From Candidatus Hodarchaeota archaeon (GTDB taxonomy: Archaea > Asgardarchaeota > Lokiarchaeia > Sigyniarchaeales > SOKP01): DNA of 64,000 nucleotides. The DNA lies in assembly GCA_048887225.1 (NCBI GenBank), contig JBHLJY010000001.1:64001-128000 (forward strand), written 5' to 3'. The translations under genes were made by a program, and so were the position numbers. A model generated the notes under the pieces. That model was not told where the DNA came from and made no database searches. It saw only the letters and a program-made list of their open reading frames with translations. Within the stretch, counting starts at the first letter, position 1. Every line of letters begins with the position of its first letter. Shown one piece after another: positions 9,977 to 18,825 of the stretch.

Positions 9977-10129
9977 TAAAATTAGTTTATAATAAAAATG
10001 TTGTTTTCTTAAGAAATTAAATAATAATTTTTCTATTTAACTTTTTAACTTTTATAAATACATTTTAAAAAAATCGAGGTTTATCTTCCTAATAATTCAA
10101 ATTCAAATTTTTGAATTAGATATAATATT

Positions 10130-10816
10130 TTAAAAGACTAAAGAGTCTCCGACATAGATATTTTTAAATTGATCAGGAAACTTATTCTTTAATAAATCTA
10201 TATGTTGTGTGCAATGGGTCGCACCTATAAAATCAATACCTTCTAAGCAACTAAATTTTCGAAATCCATGAAATCCTCCTATTATCGCCTTAATTTTACC
10301 AATAATTTTCCCCCTCGATATAATTTCGTCTAAGCCTGGATGAGAGCAACCAACAATAGCTATTAAATAGCCTTCTTCTGTTTTTAAAAATATAGCCTGT
10401 TCTTTTAAATAATTTCCTAATTGTCCTGTAGAATATATATTTTGTTCGATTAGAATTTTATCTGAAACTCCTATAACTCGTGATTTTTGATATTTTCTTT
10501 TATATGATATTAAATTCTCAGTAGGTACATATATTTCTATGTTAGAATTTTTATTATATACCCCATCTAAACCCCCAATGTGTTCATAATGATTGTGAGA
10601 AATTATAACTTTTGATATATCTGAAATGTCAATGTCAAATTGTTCTATATTATGAATTAATGCTTCACTATTACTGCCTGTATCAAATAACAAGTAGTTT
10701 TCAGTAAAATTGTTATAAATTAAAACTGAAAATCCAAAATCAGAGATAAATCTATCTTCAATCTTATTATTATCAAATGCAATTTTGATTTCGAATGAAG
10801 CTAAAACGGTTTCCAT
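10130..10816 (-). CDS. MBL-fold metallo-hydrolase
   Basis: LLFDTG, ISHNHYEHIGGL, GCSHPG, GGFH, HCT. Confidence 0.88.
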   Translation of the reverse strand: METVLASFEIKIAFDNNKIEDRFISDFGFSVLIYNNFTENYLLFDTGSNSEALIHNIEQFDIDISDISKVIISHNHYEHIGGLDGVYNKNSNIEIYVPTENLISYKRKYQKSRVIGVSDKILIEQNIYSTGQLGNYLKEQAIFLKTEEGYLIAIVGCSHPGLDEIISRGKIIGKIKAIIGGFHGFRKFSCLEGIDFIGATHCTQHIDLLKNKFPDQFKNIYVGDSLVF

Positions 10817-10990
10817 ATGTTAAAAAGTAATATAATTTTATTTATATTGTTTACATTTTCTGTAGATATTCAATATTAAATAAAAAATATTTTTAATTAA
10901 AAAGGAATTCTATATCAAGTTATCTTCTTGGAAATTCAGATTTTTTATCCATGTAAATACATTTATTTAGCTTTTCTTATTTTAGTTAAT

Positions 10991-11512
10991 ATGACTGATA
11001 TAAATGAAAAATTTGACAATAAAATTAAAGATCTAGAAGAAACTCTACCTTATCTCAAAAGAGAGGCTAATTGCTCTGTCCTAACTTTAACTTCTGTCCT
11101 TGAAATCCTTGGCATACCAGAATTACGAAGTTTTTATTTTAATAATCTTGCTGTTCCACTTGCGGGAGGTTTTGGAGGTTTTAAGTCAGAAAAAGGTTGG
11201 AAAGGACCATGTGGTGCAGTGTGTGGTGGATGTGCTGCCATAGGAATAATTATAGGAGGGAAGGAAAAACTTAAATTCAAAGATCATATGAAGGCTTATC
11301 AAAAAGCAGCAATTTACGCTCATAACTTCGAAAAAGAATTTGGAAGCGTTGCTTGTAAGGAGTTATGCGGTACTGATTTTACCGATTTAAATTCTATCAA
11401 TCAATATATGGAAAATAAAATATGGGAGAAACAGTGTTATAAATACGTCGTATTTGGCGTAGATCAAGTAAGAAAGCTGACGTCGTTAGAGTTAAAAAGG
11501 AAATGGCAATAA
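10991..11512 (+). CDS. C_GCAxxG_C_C family putative redox-active protein
   Basis: NCS, GGFGG, PCGAVCGG, FEKEFGSVACKEL, CYKYV; ATG at 10991 preferred as start. Confidence 0.85.
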   Translation: MTDINEKFDNKIKDLEETLPYLKREANCSVLTLTSVLEILGIPELRSFYFNNLAVPLAGGFGGFKSEKGWKGPCGAVCGGCAAIGIIIGGKEKLKFKDHMKAYQKAAIYAHNFEKEFGSVACKELCGTDFTDLNSINQYMENKIWEKQCYKYVVFGVDQVRKLTSLELKRKWQ

Positions 11513-11691
11513 ATCATTCTGCTTACAGATAAAGTTTTAAAACAAAAAACTAATACTTATATTTTTATTCTCTCAATAGTTTTATCAAAATTAAAAATGT
11601 GAAATTAAAAATTTTTTAAGCAAATAATATATTATAATTATAATTTTAAAATTAATAATTTTTAATTTACTAATAGTGAAGAGAAAAAACT

Positions 11692-11937
11692 ATGGAAAAG
11701 GACAATGAAAGCCGAAAATGTCCCTACTGTGGTGTTACATTACAGCGTCCCTATTGGGTACACATTCAATCTAAACATCCAGCAGAATACGCTAAAAACG
11801 AGACCTGGATACAGCTTTACAAGGATTATACAAGTATGGGGATGGATCAATCAATGTCTTTAATGGTTATATCAGAATTATTTAACCAATCAATAAAAGA
11901 CGTGAAATCTTATCTAAAAGAGAATGGCATTCTATAA
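11692..11937 (+). CDS. Small C2H2-type zinc-finger protein
   Basis: CPYCG...YWVHIQSKH followed by a helical tail. Confidence 0.7.
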   Translation: MEKDNESRKCPYCGVTLQRPYWVHIQSKHPAEYAKNETWIQLYKDYTSMGMDQSMSLMVISELFNQSIKDVKSYLKENGIL

Positions 11938-12034
11938 TTTCCTTTTTTGCTTTTTCTTTTAAGGCCGTATAATAATAAATAGAAAAAGAAAATGAATACC
12001 TAAATTTTACGCATATTAAGTTCTTTAAAAGTAG

Positions 12035-12334
12035 TTAAAATTCCTCCTCTTCCTCTTCTTTTAAGAGGCCAGATTGTTTTAACATGTCCTCTATTGAATC
12101 TCGTGTTTTTATGATTGATTCGTTCTCATGAAGGTTGAGTTTTTCTAACACATCATCTGAAAATTCCATGAATTTCTTTATAGAAGATGACGAAAAGTCT
12201 TTTATCTTTTCTTGAGTTTCTTTCACCCATTCTTTTCCACTCTCACCAAATACATTACCGACGAAGTCCACGAATGCATTATTTATTTTATCTAAAAGTT
12301 TCTCTTCTTTTTCTTCCCCTTCTTCTTCACTCAT
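12035..12334 (-). CDS. Acidic helical hypothetical protein
   Basis: 99-aa ORF with AGGTA SD-like motif and Glu-rich termini. Confidence 0.65.
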   Translation of the reverse strand: MSEEEGEEKEEKLLDKINNAFVDFVGNVFGESGKEWVKETQEKIKDFSSSSIKKFMEFSDDVLEKLNLHENESIIKTRDSIEDMLKQSGLLKEEEEEEF

Positions 12335-12502
12335 TTTTTTTACCTATTTTCTGATATTTAACTTTTGTATTTTTAAAATTAATTCGTATTTTATTAATAA
12401 TTTTTTCAATTTTTTCTTTATATTTCTTATATTATTTTTCTCTTTTTAGAAGAAATTAAGTAGTAAGAAAATTAGAAAAAAATTAATTTAAAAAATTATA
12501 TT

Positions 12503-13051
12503 TCATTCAAAGGACTTAAATTTATCCCTTTTGGCACCGCAAATTGGACACTTATCAGGTATTTCGCCTTCTAAAGTATAACCACATATTCCACAAACTT
12601 GTATAGGTCCAATTTCTACATCTTTTTTTCTTTCAACTGATTTTTTTGCTTTTTCGTAGAGTTTTTTATGTTCTTTTTCAGTAGTTAATGCCCATTCAAA
12701 TGTTTGGATTGCCCCTTTTTCTCCTTGAAATTTTGCTGTTTCTATATAAACAGGATACATTTCTGTAATTTCAAAAGATTCTCCTGCGATTCCTAAGTCT
12801 AAATTTTTTGCGGTATCACCTGGTCCAAAAGCCCCCATACTATTGGCAACGAATCCTCCATTTAGGTGTGTTAGTTCTCTATAATGATCACCAGCATGTA
12901 CATATTCGGCATGAGCTATTGCTTCAAAAAGCCGGGAAACATTATCAAATCCTTCTTTTTTTGCCATGACGGCAAAATGGAGATAACGCATGTGGGCCAT
13001 ACTCTCTCCACCAAACGCATTTAAAAGATTTTGTTCTGTCATTTGTTTCAT
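12503..13051 (-). CDS. rbr: Rubrerythrin
   Basis: NLLNAFGGESMA, AEYVH, GESFE, EKEH, rubredoxin-like CGICG...CPICG. Confidence 0.93.
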   Translation of the reverse strand: MKQMTEQNLLNAFGGESMAHMRYLHFAVMAKKEGFDNVSRLFEAIAHAEYVHAGDHYRELTHLNGGFVANSMGAFGPGDTAKNLDLGIAGESFEITEMYPVYIETAKFQGEKGAIQTFEWALTTEKEHKKLYEKAKKSVERKKDVEIGPIQVCGICGYTLEGEIPDKCPICGAKRDKFKSFE

Positions 13052-13146
13052 ATAGATTTGCCTCTGTTATTTGGATAATCATTTTATTATTTGATTAAGT
13101 TATTTTCATTTTTAAATATAATTTTTAACAATTAAAAAAGAGTGAA

Positions 13147-14568
13147 TTATGAAGCACTAATATAACTTATATTATCTTTGATATAAGAAACGAGCTTTAT
13201 TGCACTATCCGCTGCCAATTCAGTTCCAATCCCTCTAGCTTGTACATCTGCACCTACATAATAAAGACCTTTAATTGGTGAGATAGCTGATGGACGATTT
13301 TCTCCTGTTTGTTCAGGAGTTTGAGCTAATCCTATAGCGCCCCCACCGAACCTTCCAGTCCAATTAGATATATCCTTTGGTGTAGTAATTTCGACCCACA
13401 TTGCTTTATCGAATATATTGGGAAAAACTCTATTGATATTATCTTTCAGTTGCGTAATCCAAGGTTGAAAATCTATGTTTGGATCATTTGGACAAGGAGT
13501 GCCAATTGTTAATAGTTGGATTCCCGCTGGTGCCAGGTCTGGATCCAAATTTGATGGGATGGGTATGAAGAGAAACATATTTTTAGGTGGTTTACCCGCA
13601 TCTATATCTCTAAAAGATTTTTCGGAATTTTCTGGCATCACTACTATGCAAGGATGATTTGTAATTTTATCCTTTACAGCGATTTTCATACTAAGATAGC
13701 CTAGTGATTCTTTCAGATTTTTTATATAATTTACATACTCCTTAGTAAAACTTTTTTCGCCTACTAATTTTAGCACAGTTTCTTTTATGCCTGCATTACT
13801 TATAATAATTTCAGAATTAATGATATTTTCATCAACCGTCTCAACGCCAATAACTCTTTCATTCCCAACAAGAATTCGCTTTATTTGAATGTGCTTTTTT
13901 ATCTCAGCTCCATGATCGCTAGCTACTTCCATAAAAGCTTTAGATAGCGAAGAAGATCCTCCTTTGACGTAGCCAAAAGATGAATCTATAAACATATTTC
14001 TAAAGCAGTAAATAAATTCTCCAGCAGAAGCCCTGTAATAAGGTAATGCAAAATAAAGAATACAAACGCAATTTAAAAAATCGTGCATGGCAAGATTATT
14101 GGTGTAATTAGATACCCAAGATTTTAAGTCCTTAGTGTCGAAAGTTTTAATATCAGATTCGCTCGCTGAAAGTATAGCCATGAACATTTGAATCACCTTA
14201 TCTATTTCTTCGGAATCAAGAGAGTGGAAATCTAAAAATTTTCGCATATTTTCCGGTCTTGAAAAAAATAATGGCATGAGAAAGCTTTTATTAGCATATT
14301 TAATTTCTGTGGCTGGATCGTTATAAATCCACTTGAGTTTTTCCTCAGCTTTGAATTCTTTTAAAACCTGACTGAGAGGTCCATTCTCGCAGCGTGAAAA
14401 CATGTGTACTCCTGCTTCAAGGGTGAATCCATCCTTATTATAAGTAGAAGCTTTACCGCCTACAGAATTATTTTTTTCTAAAATGATCGGTTTTAAATTA
14501 GTTTTAGCTAATAAAGCACAGCAAGCAGATCCTCCTATTCCCCCGCCTACGATTATTACTGAAGAAAT
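13147..14568 (-). CDS. Phytoene desaturase-like NAD(P)/FAD-dependent oxidoreductase (N-terminus extends beyond the ORF-track start)
   Basis: In-frame upstream of 14403: SSVIIVGGGIGGSACCALLA...ILEKNNSVGGKAST...DGFTLEAGVH; C-terminal PIKGLYYVGAD; no ATG/GTG/TTG in frame, ATT at 14568 proposed. Confidence 0.8.
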   Translation of the reverse strand: MSSVIIVGGGIGGSACCALLAKTNLKPIILEKNNSVGGKASTYNKDGFTLEAGVHMFSRCENGPLSQVLKEFKAEEKLKWIYNDPATEIKYANKSFLMPLFFSRPENMRKFLDFHSLDSEEIDKVIQMFMAILSASESDIKTFDTKDLKSWVSNYTNNLAMHDFLNCVCILYFALPYYRASAGEFIYCFRNMFIDSSFGYVKGGSSSLSKAFMEVASDHGAEIKKHIQIKRILVGNERVIGVETVDENIINSEIIISNAGIKETVLKLVGEKSFTKEYVNYIKNLKESLGYLSMKIAVKDKITNHPCIVVMPENSEKSFRDIDAGKPPKNMFLFIPIPSNLDPDLAPAGIQLLTIGTPCPNDPNIDFQPWITQLKDNINRVFPNIFDKAMWVEITTPKDISNWTGRFGGGAIGLAQTPEQTGENRPSAISPIKGLYYVGADVQARGIGTELAADSAIKLVSYIKDNISYISAS

Positions 14569-14575
14569 CGTTTCA

Positions 14576-15742
14576 TCACTCCAAGATTTTTTTGAGGTAT
14601 TCCGTCAGATCTATTACATCTATATTGATACCTCGCCTCTTACTCGCTTCCTTTAAATTATGCTTACAGAAGGGACAACATGAAATTAATGTCTGGGCTC
14701 CTGTATCTTTTGCTTCTTCAAGCCTTTCAAGACCTGACCAAGTCGCAAAATCTGAATAAGCTGCTTTTACACCTGAACCAGCACCACAACACCAAGAAAA
14801 TTCTTTATTTCTCTCCATTTCGATTAATTTAACTCCAGGAATGTTACTTAGAATCTTACGTGGAGCGTTATAAATGTTCAAGTGCCTTCCTAAATGACAA
14901 GGATCATGATAGGTTATAATTTCATCTATATTTTTAAATTTAAAAGAATCTGTCAACTCAGCTAAAAACTCCACTATATGAAGAGGTTTAAAGGAGTAGC
15001 TTATTCCGAATTTTGGATAATCTTCTTTAAAAGCTCGATAACAACCTGCACACGAAAAAATTACTTTTTCGGCTCCTAAATCCTCTATGATTTTTATATT
15101 ATGTTGCATTAATTTCATTGCGAGATCTCGTTGCCCAGTTCTAAGGAGAGGGCTACCACAACACCACTCATCAAATAATACACTATATTTAATATTTAAT
15201 TTTCTTAAAATACTTGTAACAGATTCAGCAATCTCAGTAGTTCTATATGCTGTTGTACAGCCCACGAAATAGACAAGATTTTCTTTCTTATTTATTGCAC
15301 TCTTATCTTTGAGCCATTGAAACCTTTTTTCGTGTGGTTCATGGTATGGATTATTATTTTTTTCAATACTTTCTTTAAATCTAGTGTGCTCAGGGAGAGG
15401 ACCGAAGCCGTCTTTAACGATCTTTGTTTTGAGTTCCTCAAAGATCTCCAAAGGCCTTAGCTCTTTAACATAATAACATTGAGCATTACAAGCACCACAT
15501 CCTGTACAAGCGTAGAAAATGTGAAGTAATCTGTCTGTATAGTCTAAATCTCCATCGCAAATCGCCCGTGTGATTTCCATTTTCCCAGATGCATAATAGG
15601 CATCAAAATGAAAACGAGTACCACTTGGACATATGGCTGAATAGCGGGCACTTTTTACCTCAAATGGTAAAACTATCTTACAAATCGAACATTTACCACA
15701 ACGAGCGGCTTTGTCTCTATAATCCTGTAGCATATTTTTCAT
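14576..15742 (-). CDS. Fe-S oxidoreductase, GlpC/GlcF/HdrD family
   Basis: CGKCSIC, CTGCGACNAQC, two CCG domains (EWCCGSP, YHDPCHLGR, CCGAG, CPFC). Confidence 0.9.
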   Translation of the reverse strand: MKNMLQDYRDKAARCGKCSICKIVLPFEVKSARYSAICPSGTRFHFDAYYASGKMEITRAICDGDLDYTDRLLHIFYACTGCGACNAQCYYVKELRPLEIFEELKTKIVKDGFGPLPEHTRFKESIEKNNNPYHEPHEKRFQWLKDKSAINKKENLVYFVGCTTAYRTTEIAESVTSILRKLNIKYSVLFDEWCCGSPLLRTGQRDLAMKLMQHNIKIIEDLGAEKVIFSCAGCYRAFKEDYPKFGISYSFKPLHIVEFLAELTDSFKFKNIDEIITYHDPCHLGRHLNIYNAPRKILSNIPGVKLIEMERNKEFSWCCGAGSGVKAAYSDFATWSGLERLEEAKDTGAQTLISCCPFCKHNLKEASKRRGINIDVIDLTEYLKKILE

Positions 15743-15751
15743 CTTAAATTC

Positions 15752-17128
15752 TTATATTGATAACTTCTTAGGATTTATTATATTATTTGGGTCTAATTGA
15801 TTCTTAATACTTTTCAAAAAACTCTTAAACATCGGGTTTTTAGAGTAAACAATACTATCTATCCGTTTATTGGGCCTATCCACATTTCCTCCAAGATTCG
15901 ATATCAATTGATATAAATCAATATAAAGTTTTTCTACCATTTCTTTTTCGTTTGGTTTTGTAGGATCTGCGTATATATAATACTCAACGAAACAAGCACG
16001 CCCTAATTCTACTGGAGTTATAAAAGTTCCTAATTCTTCAGATGAATAATTATTTTCTCCAAGATAACTAAGTATATTAGAATTGAATTCTGATAATCTG
16101 TCTAAAGTAGTATAAAATGAAATTTTTCTGCAAATCGTTTTGTATTCAAGAATCCTTGATATTCTCTGGGGGCATAAAAACTCGTTTAGAAGATCGTCTG
16201 CAAAATTTTCCAAACTATCGATCGGAGTTAGACCAAGATCTTTAAAATCTTCTTCTTGATATTTAATCTTTTCTTCAGGTCCTGCTAAGCATAATAATAA
16301 AGTCCATTGTGGTAGTTCATTAACTAGTGATTTAAAGTCGGCTGAATTTTTACTTAACATAGCTGCCAAATTAAAATTTTTTGATAGTAAGCACTCTTCA
16401 CCAAGCTCGATCCGTTGGATTTTATATAGAACATCTACAGCATCTTCAATTTTACTAAAAGCAAGAAATAATAATTTTCGAGATTGGGGCATAGCCTTAA
16501 TTTTGATAGTTGCTTTTGCTACTATTCCCAAGTTTCCATGTGCCGCTGTAAAGACGCGAGACATATCAGGACCTCCACCAAAAGGCCAATAAAACGGTTT
16601 TTTCATGCTTTTCATAGAGGATGCCCCCGTTTTTAAGATCTCCCCTGTTGGTAAAACAACATCCATCGTTAAAATACACTGCCAACCATTTGCTAATAGT
16701 GGTTTTGGAGCTGAAAACAACGGAACTCTCTCAATATAACAATTTAAGACTGAAATTGAAGCAGGTAAGCCTAAAGGATTCATGGCCCTAAATTCATACT
16801 TATTTAGCTCTGTTTGGAGTTGTAAAAATGATACGCCAGGTTGGATTGTTATAGCTCTAGATATTTTATCTAAATCTTGAATTTTGTTCATTCTATAAAA
16901 ATCTAAAATAACATCATTAGTAATTAAATCATCTATTCCGTGATAATTATCGTCGCAAGTTTTAATATGAATGTTAAATTTTTGCTGGTTAGCAGCTTGA
17001 ATTATATTTTGGATGTCCTCTGTGTTTCCTGGTGAAACAATATAAGCTTCGGAATCTTTTTTTACATACGCATTCCCAACAATATCAACCAATTTATCTA
17101 AAACAATATCACCACTCAAAAAAATCAC
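15752..17128 (-). CDS. FAD-binding oxidoreductase (GlcD/VAO family), divergent subunit
   Basis: PGNTEDIQ, DFYRMNKI, MDVVLPTGEILKTG, GPDMSRVF, GNLGIV, LDPNNIINP. Confidence 0.82.
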   Translation of the reverse strand: MIFLSGDIVLDKLVDIVGNAYVKKDSEAYIVSPGNTEDIQNIIQAANQQKFNIHIKTCDDNYHGIDDLITNDVILDFYRMNKIQDLDKISRAITIQPGVSFLQLQTELNKYEFRAMNPLGLPASISVLNCYIERVPLFSAPKPLLANGWQCILTMDVVLPTGEILKTGASSMKSMKKPFYWPFGGGPDMSRVFTAAHGNLGIVAKATIKIKAMPQSRKLLFLAFSKIEDAVDVLYKIQRIELGEECLLSKNFNLAAMLSKNSADFKSLVNELPQWTLLLCLAGPEEKIKYQEEDFKDLGLTPIDSLENFADDLLNEFLCPQRISRILEYKTICRKISFYTTLDRLSEFNSNILSYLGENNYSSEELGTFITPVELGRACFVEYYIYADPTKPNEKEMVEKLYIDLYQLISNLGGNVDRPNKRIDSIVYSKNPMFKSFLKSIKNQLDPNNIINPKKLSI

Positions 17129-17129
17129 C

Positions 17130-18623
17130 TCATTTTGGAAGATACACTCCTGGGTTCATTATATTGTTCGGATCTATTATCTTTTTAAACTTTTTCAATA
17201 TCTTATAGTAAGAACCAAGTTCTGGACCAATAATTTCACCAGCACTGCCACAAACGGTCTCATAATAATTTAATCCCTCTCCATCTATCGTAAATGCTCT
17301 ATTAACCTCTAATAAAATCTTTTCCGCCAGCTTCCTATCGGTAGCTTGACCATGATCGTATATAATGTCCATTTCAATGAAAGCATAATGGTAATCATCT
17401 ATTGGTTGAATGTAATACGTTGTAAGATCCTCGTATCCAAATTTTTTACAAATTTCTTCAAATTTATCGAATATTTTAAATGAGTTTTCAATATCATGTA
17501 AATAGACCGTTATTCCAAATGCTCCTTTAGGTCTCATTATCCTCACTGTAATTGTCATATAATCAGCTTGACGAACTATTCCTGTTTCTGCGGGTTTAGG
17601 ATCAATACCCATTTCAGCCCCTCCAAACATCTCAACGATTTCAGCCAAATTTAAATAAGTACCTTTAGTTTCTTCGACTATTTTATTGAAAACTTGCTCT
17701 TCATATTCCACTTGCCTTTTTGTACCCTCAAAAAACGCTAATATCGTGTAAGGAGGCAATAAATTCATTACTTGCGAAGCAGTCTCGTTATTAAGCGTGA
17801 AGAAATGAGCTGCATAAGTTGCGGGCATATGAACATAACCAGATGATGCAATGCCAGTTTTTTGAATTCGATTCAGAGCTTCTAAAACTTGATCTGGTTC
17901 ATTGTACAAAACAATGTAACTATTTCTTATCTCAGGTTTTGGATAAAGTTTAACTTTAGCTTTCGTACATATTCCAAGACCTCCACTGGCCTCGAGAAAT
18001 AAGCCCAATAAATCAGGGCCAGGAGAGTTTCCAGTACATCCTGTCTGCCAACCGTTTTGATATACACAGGAGCCTAATTCCAATAAATTACCATCTGGTA
18101 AAATCCACTCAAGACCAACAATATGATTATCTCCGACACCGTATTTAACAGATGCTATGCTTGTTCCTCTCGTACCAATATAGTTTGCCATCACAGAGAC
18201 GCTCCCCGGGGCGCTTGGAACAATAATTTTTAATTCTCTTTTATAGGCTTCTGCTTGTAGCTGAGCCATTAAGACACCCGGTTCTATGGTGGCAGTCATG
18301 TTTCTCTCATCAATATCAATAATCCTATCCATCCTCTTCAAATCTATTAAAAGCCCACCTTCTGAAGATGGTATACAAAGACCCGCAACATTTACTCCAG
18401 TGGTTCGTGGAATAACTGGAATCTTAAATTTATTAGCAATTTTAACTACAGCTTGGACATCTTCTGTTGAACCAGGTAAAACGACAAATGTTGGATTTTT
18501 AGCTGGTTTAGGAGATTGATCTCTTGAATAACAAATAAGAATAGCTGGATCTGAAGAAATATATTCTGATCCTAATGCTTCTGTTAATTCTTTAAGAATG
18601 GTTTTCTTTTCTGTAGCTAACAT
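17130..18623 (-). CDS. FAD-binding oxidoreductase (GlcD/VAO family)
   Basis: VVLPGSTEDVQ, IDLKRMDRI, EPGV, GPDLLGLF, GGLGICTK, IDPNNIMNPG. Confidence 0.87.
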   Translation of the reverse strand: MLATEKKTILKELTEALGSEYISSDPAILICYSRDQSPKPAKNPTFVVLPGSTEDVQAVVKIANKFKIPVIPRTTGVNVAGLCIPSSEGGLLIDLKRMDRIIDIDERNMTATIEPGVLMAQLQAEAYKRELKIIVPSAPGSVSVMANYIGTRGTSIASVKYGVGDNHIVGLEWILPDGNLLELGSCVYQNGWQTGCTGNSPGPDLLGLFLEASGGLGICTKAKVKLYPKPEIRNSYIVLYNEPDQVLEALNRIQKTGIASSGYVHMPATYAAHFFTLNNETASQVMNLLPPYTILAFFEGTKRQVEYEEQVFNKIVEETKGTYLNLAEIVEMFGGAEMGIDPKPAETGIVRQADYMTITVRIMRPKGAFGITVYLHDIENSFKIFDKFEEICKKFGYEDLTTYYIQPIDDYHYAFIEMDIIYDHGQATDRKLAEKILLEVNRAFTIDGEGLNYYETVCGSAGEIIGPELGSYYKILKKFKKIIDPNNIMNPGVYLPK

Positions 18624-18825
18624 TAAAGATACCTAATAATATAAAATAAATAAAATTTATTATAATAATTATTATAATTAGGGAACTAAAAAAATAATAT
18701 TAATTCCTAATTGAATCCTATTAGAAAAGAAAAATTTAATAGAAAAATATAGTTATAGAAATATTCAATATTTACATAACAGATTATAAAAAAAATAATC
18801 CAATAAAAAGAGAGTTGCTTAAAAT

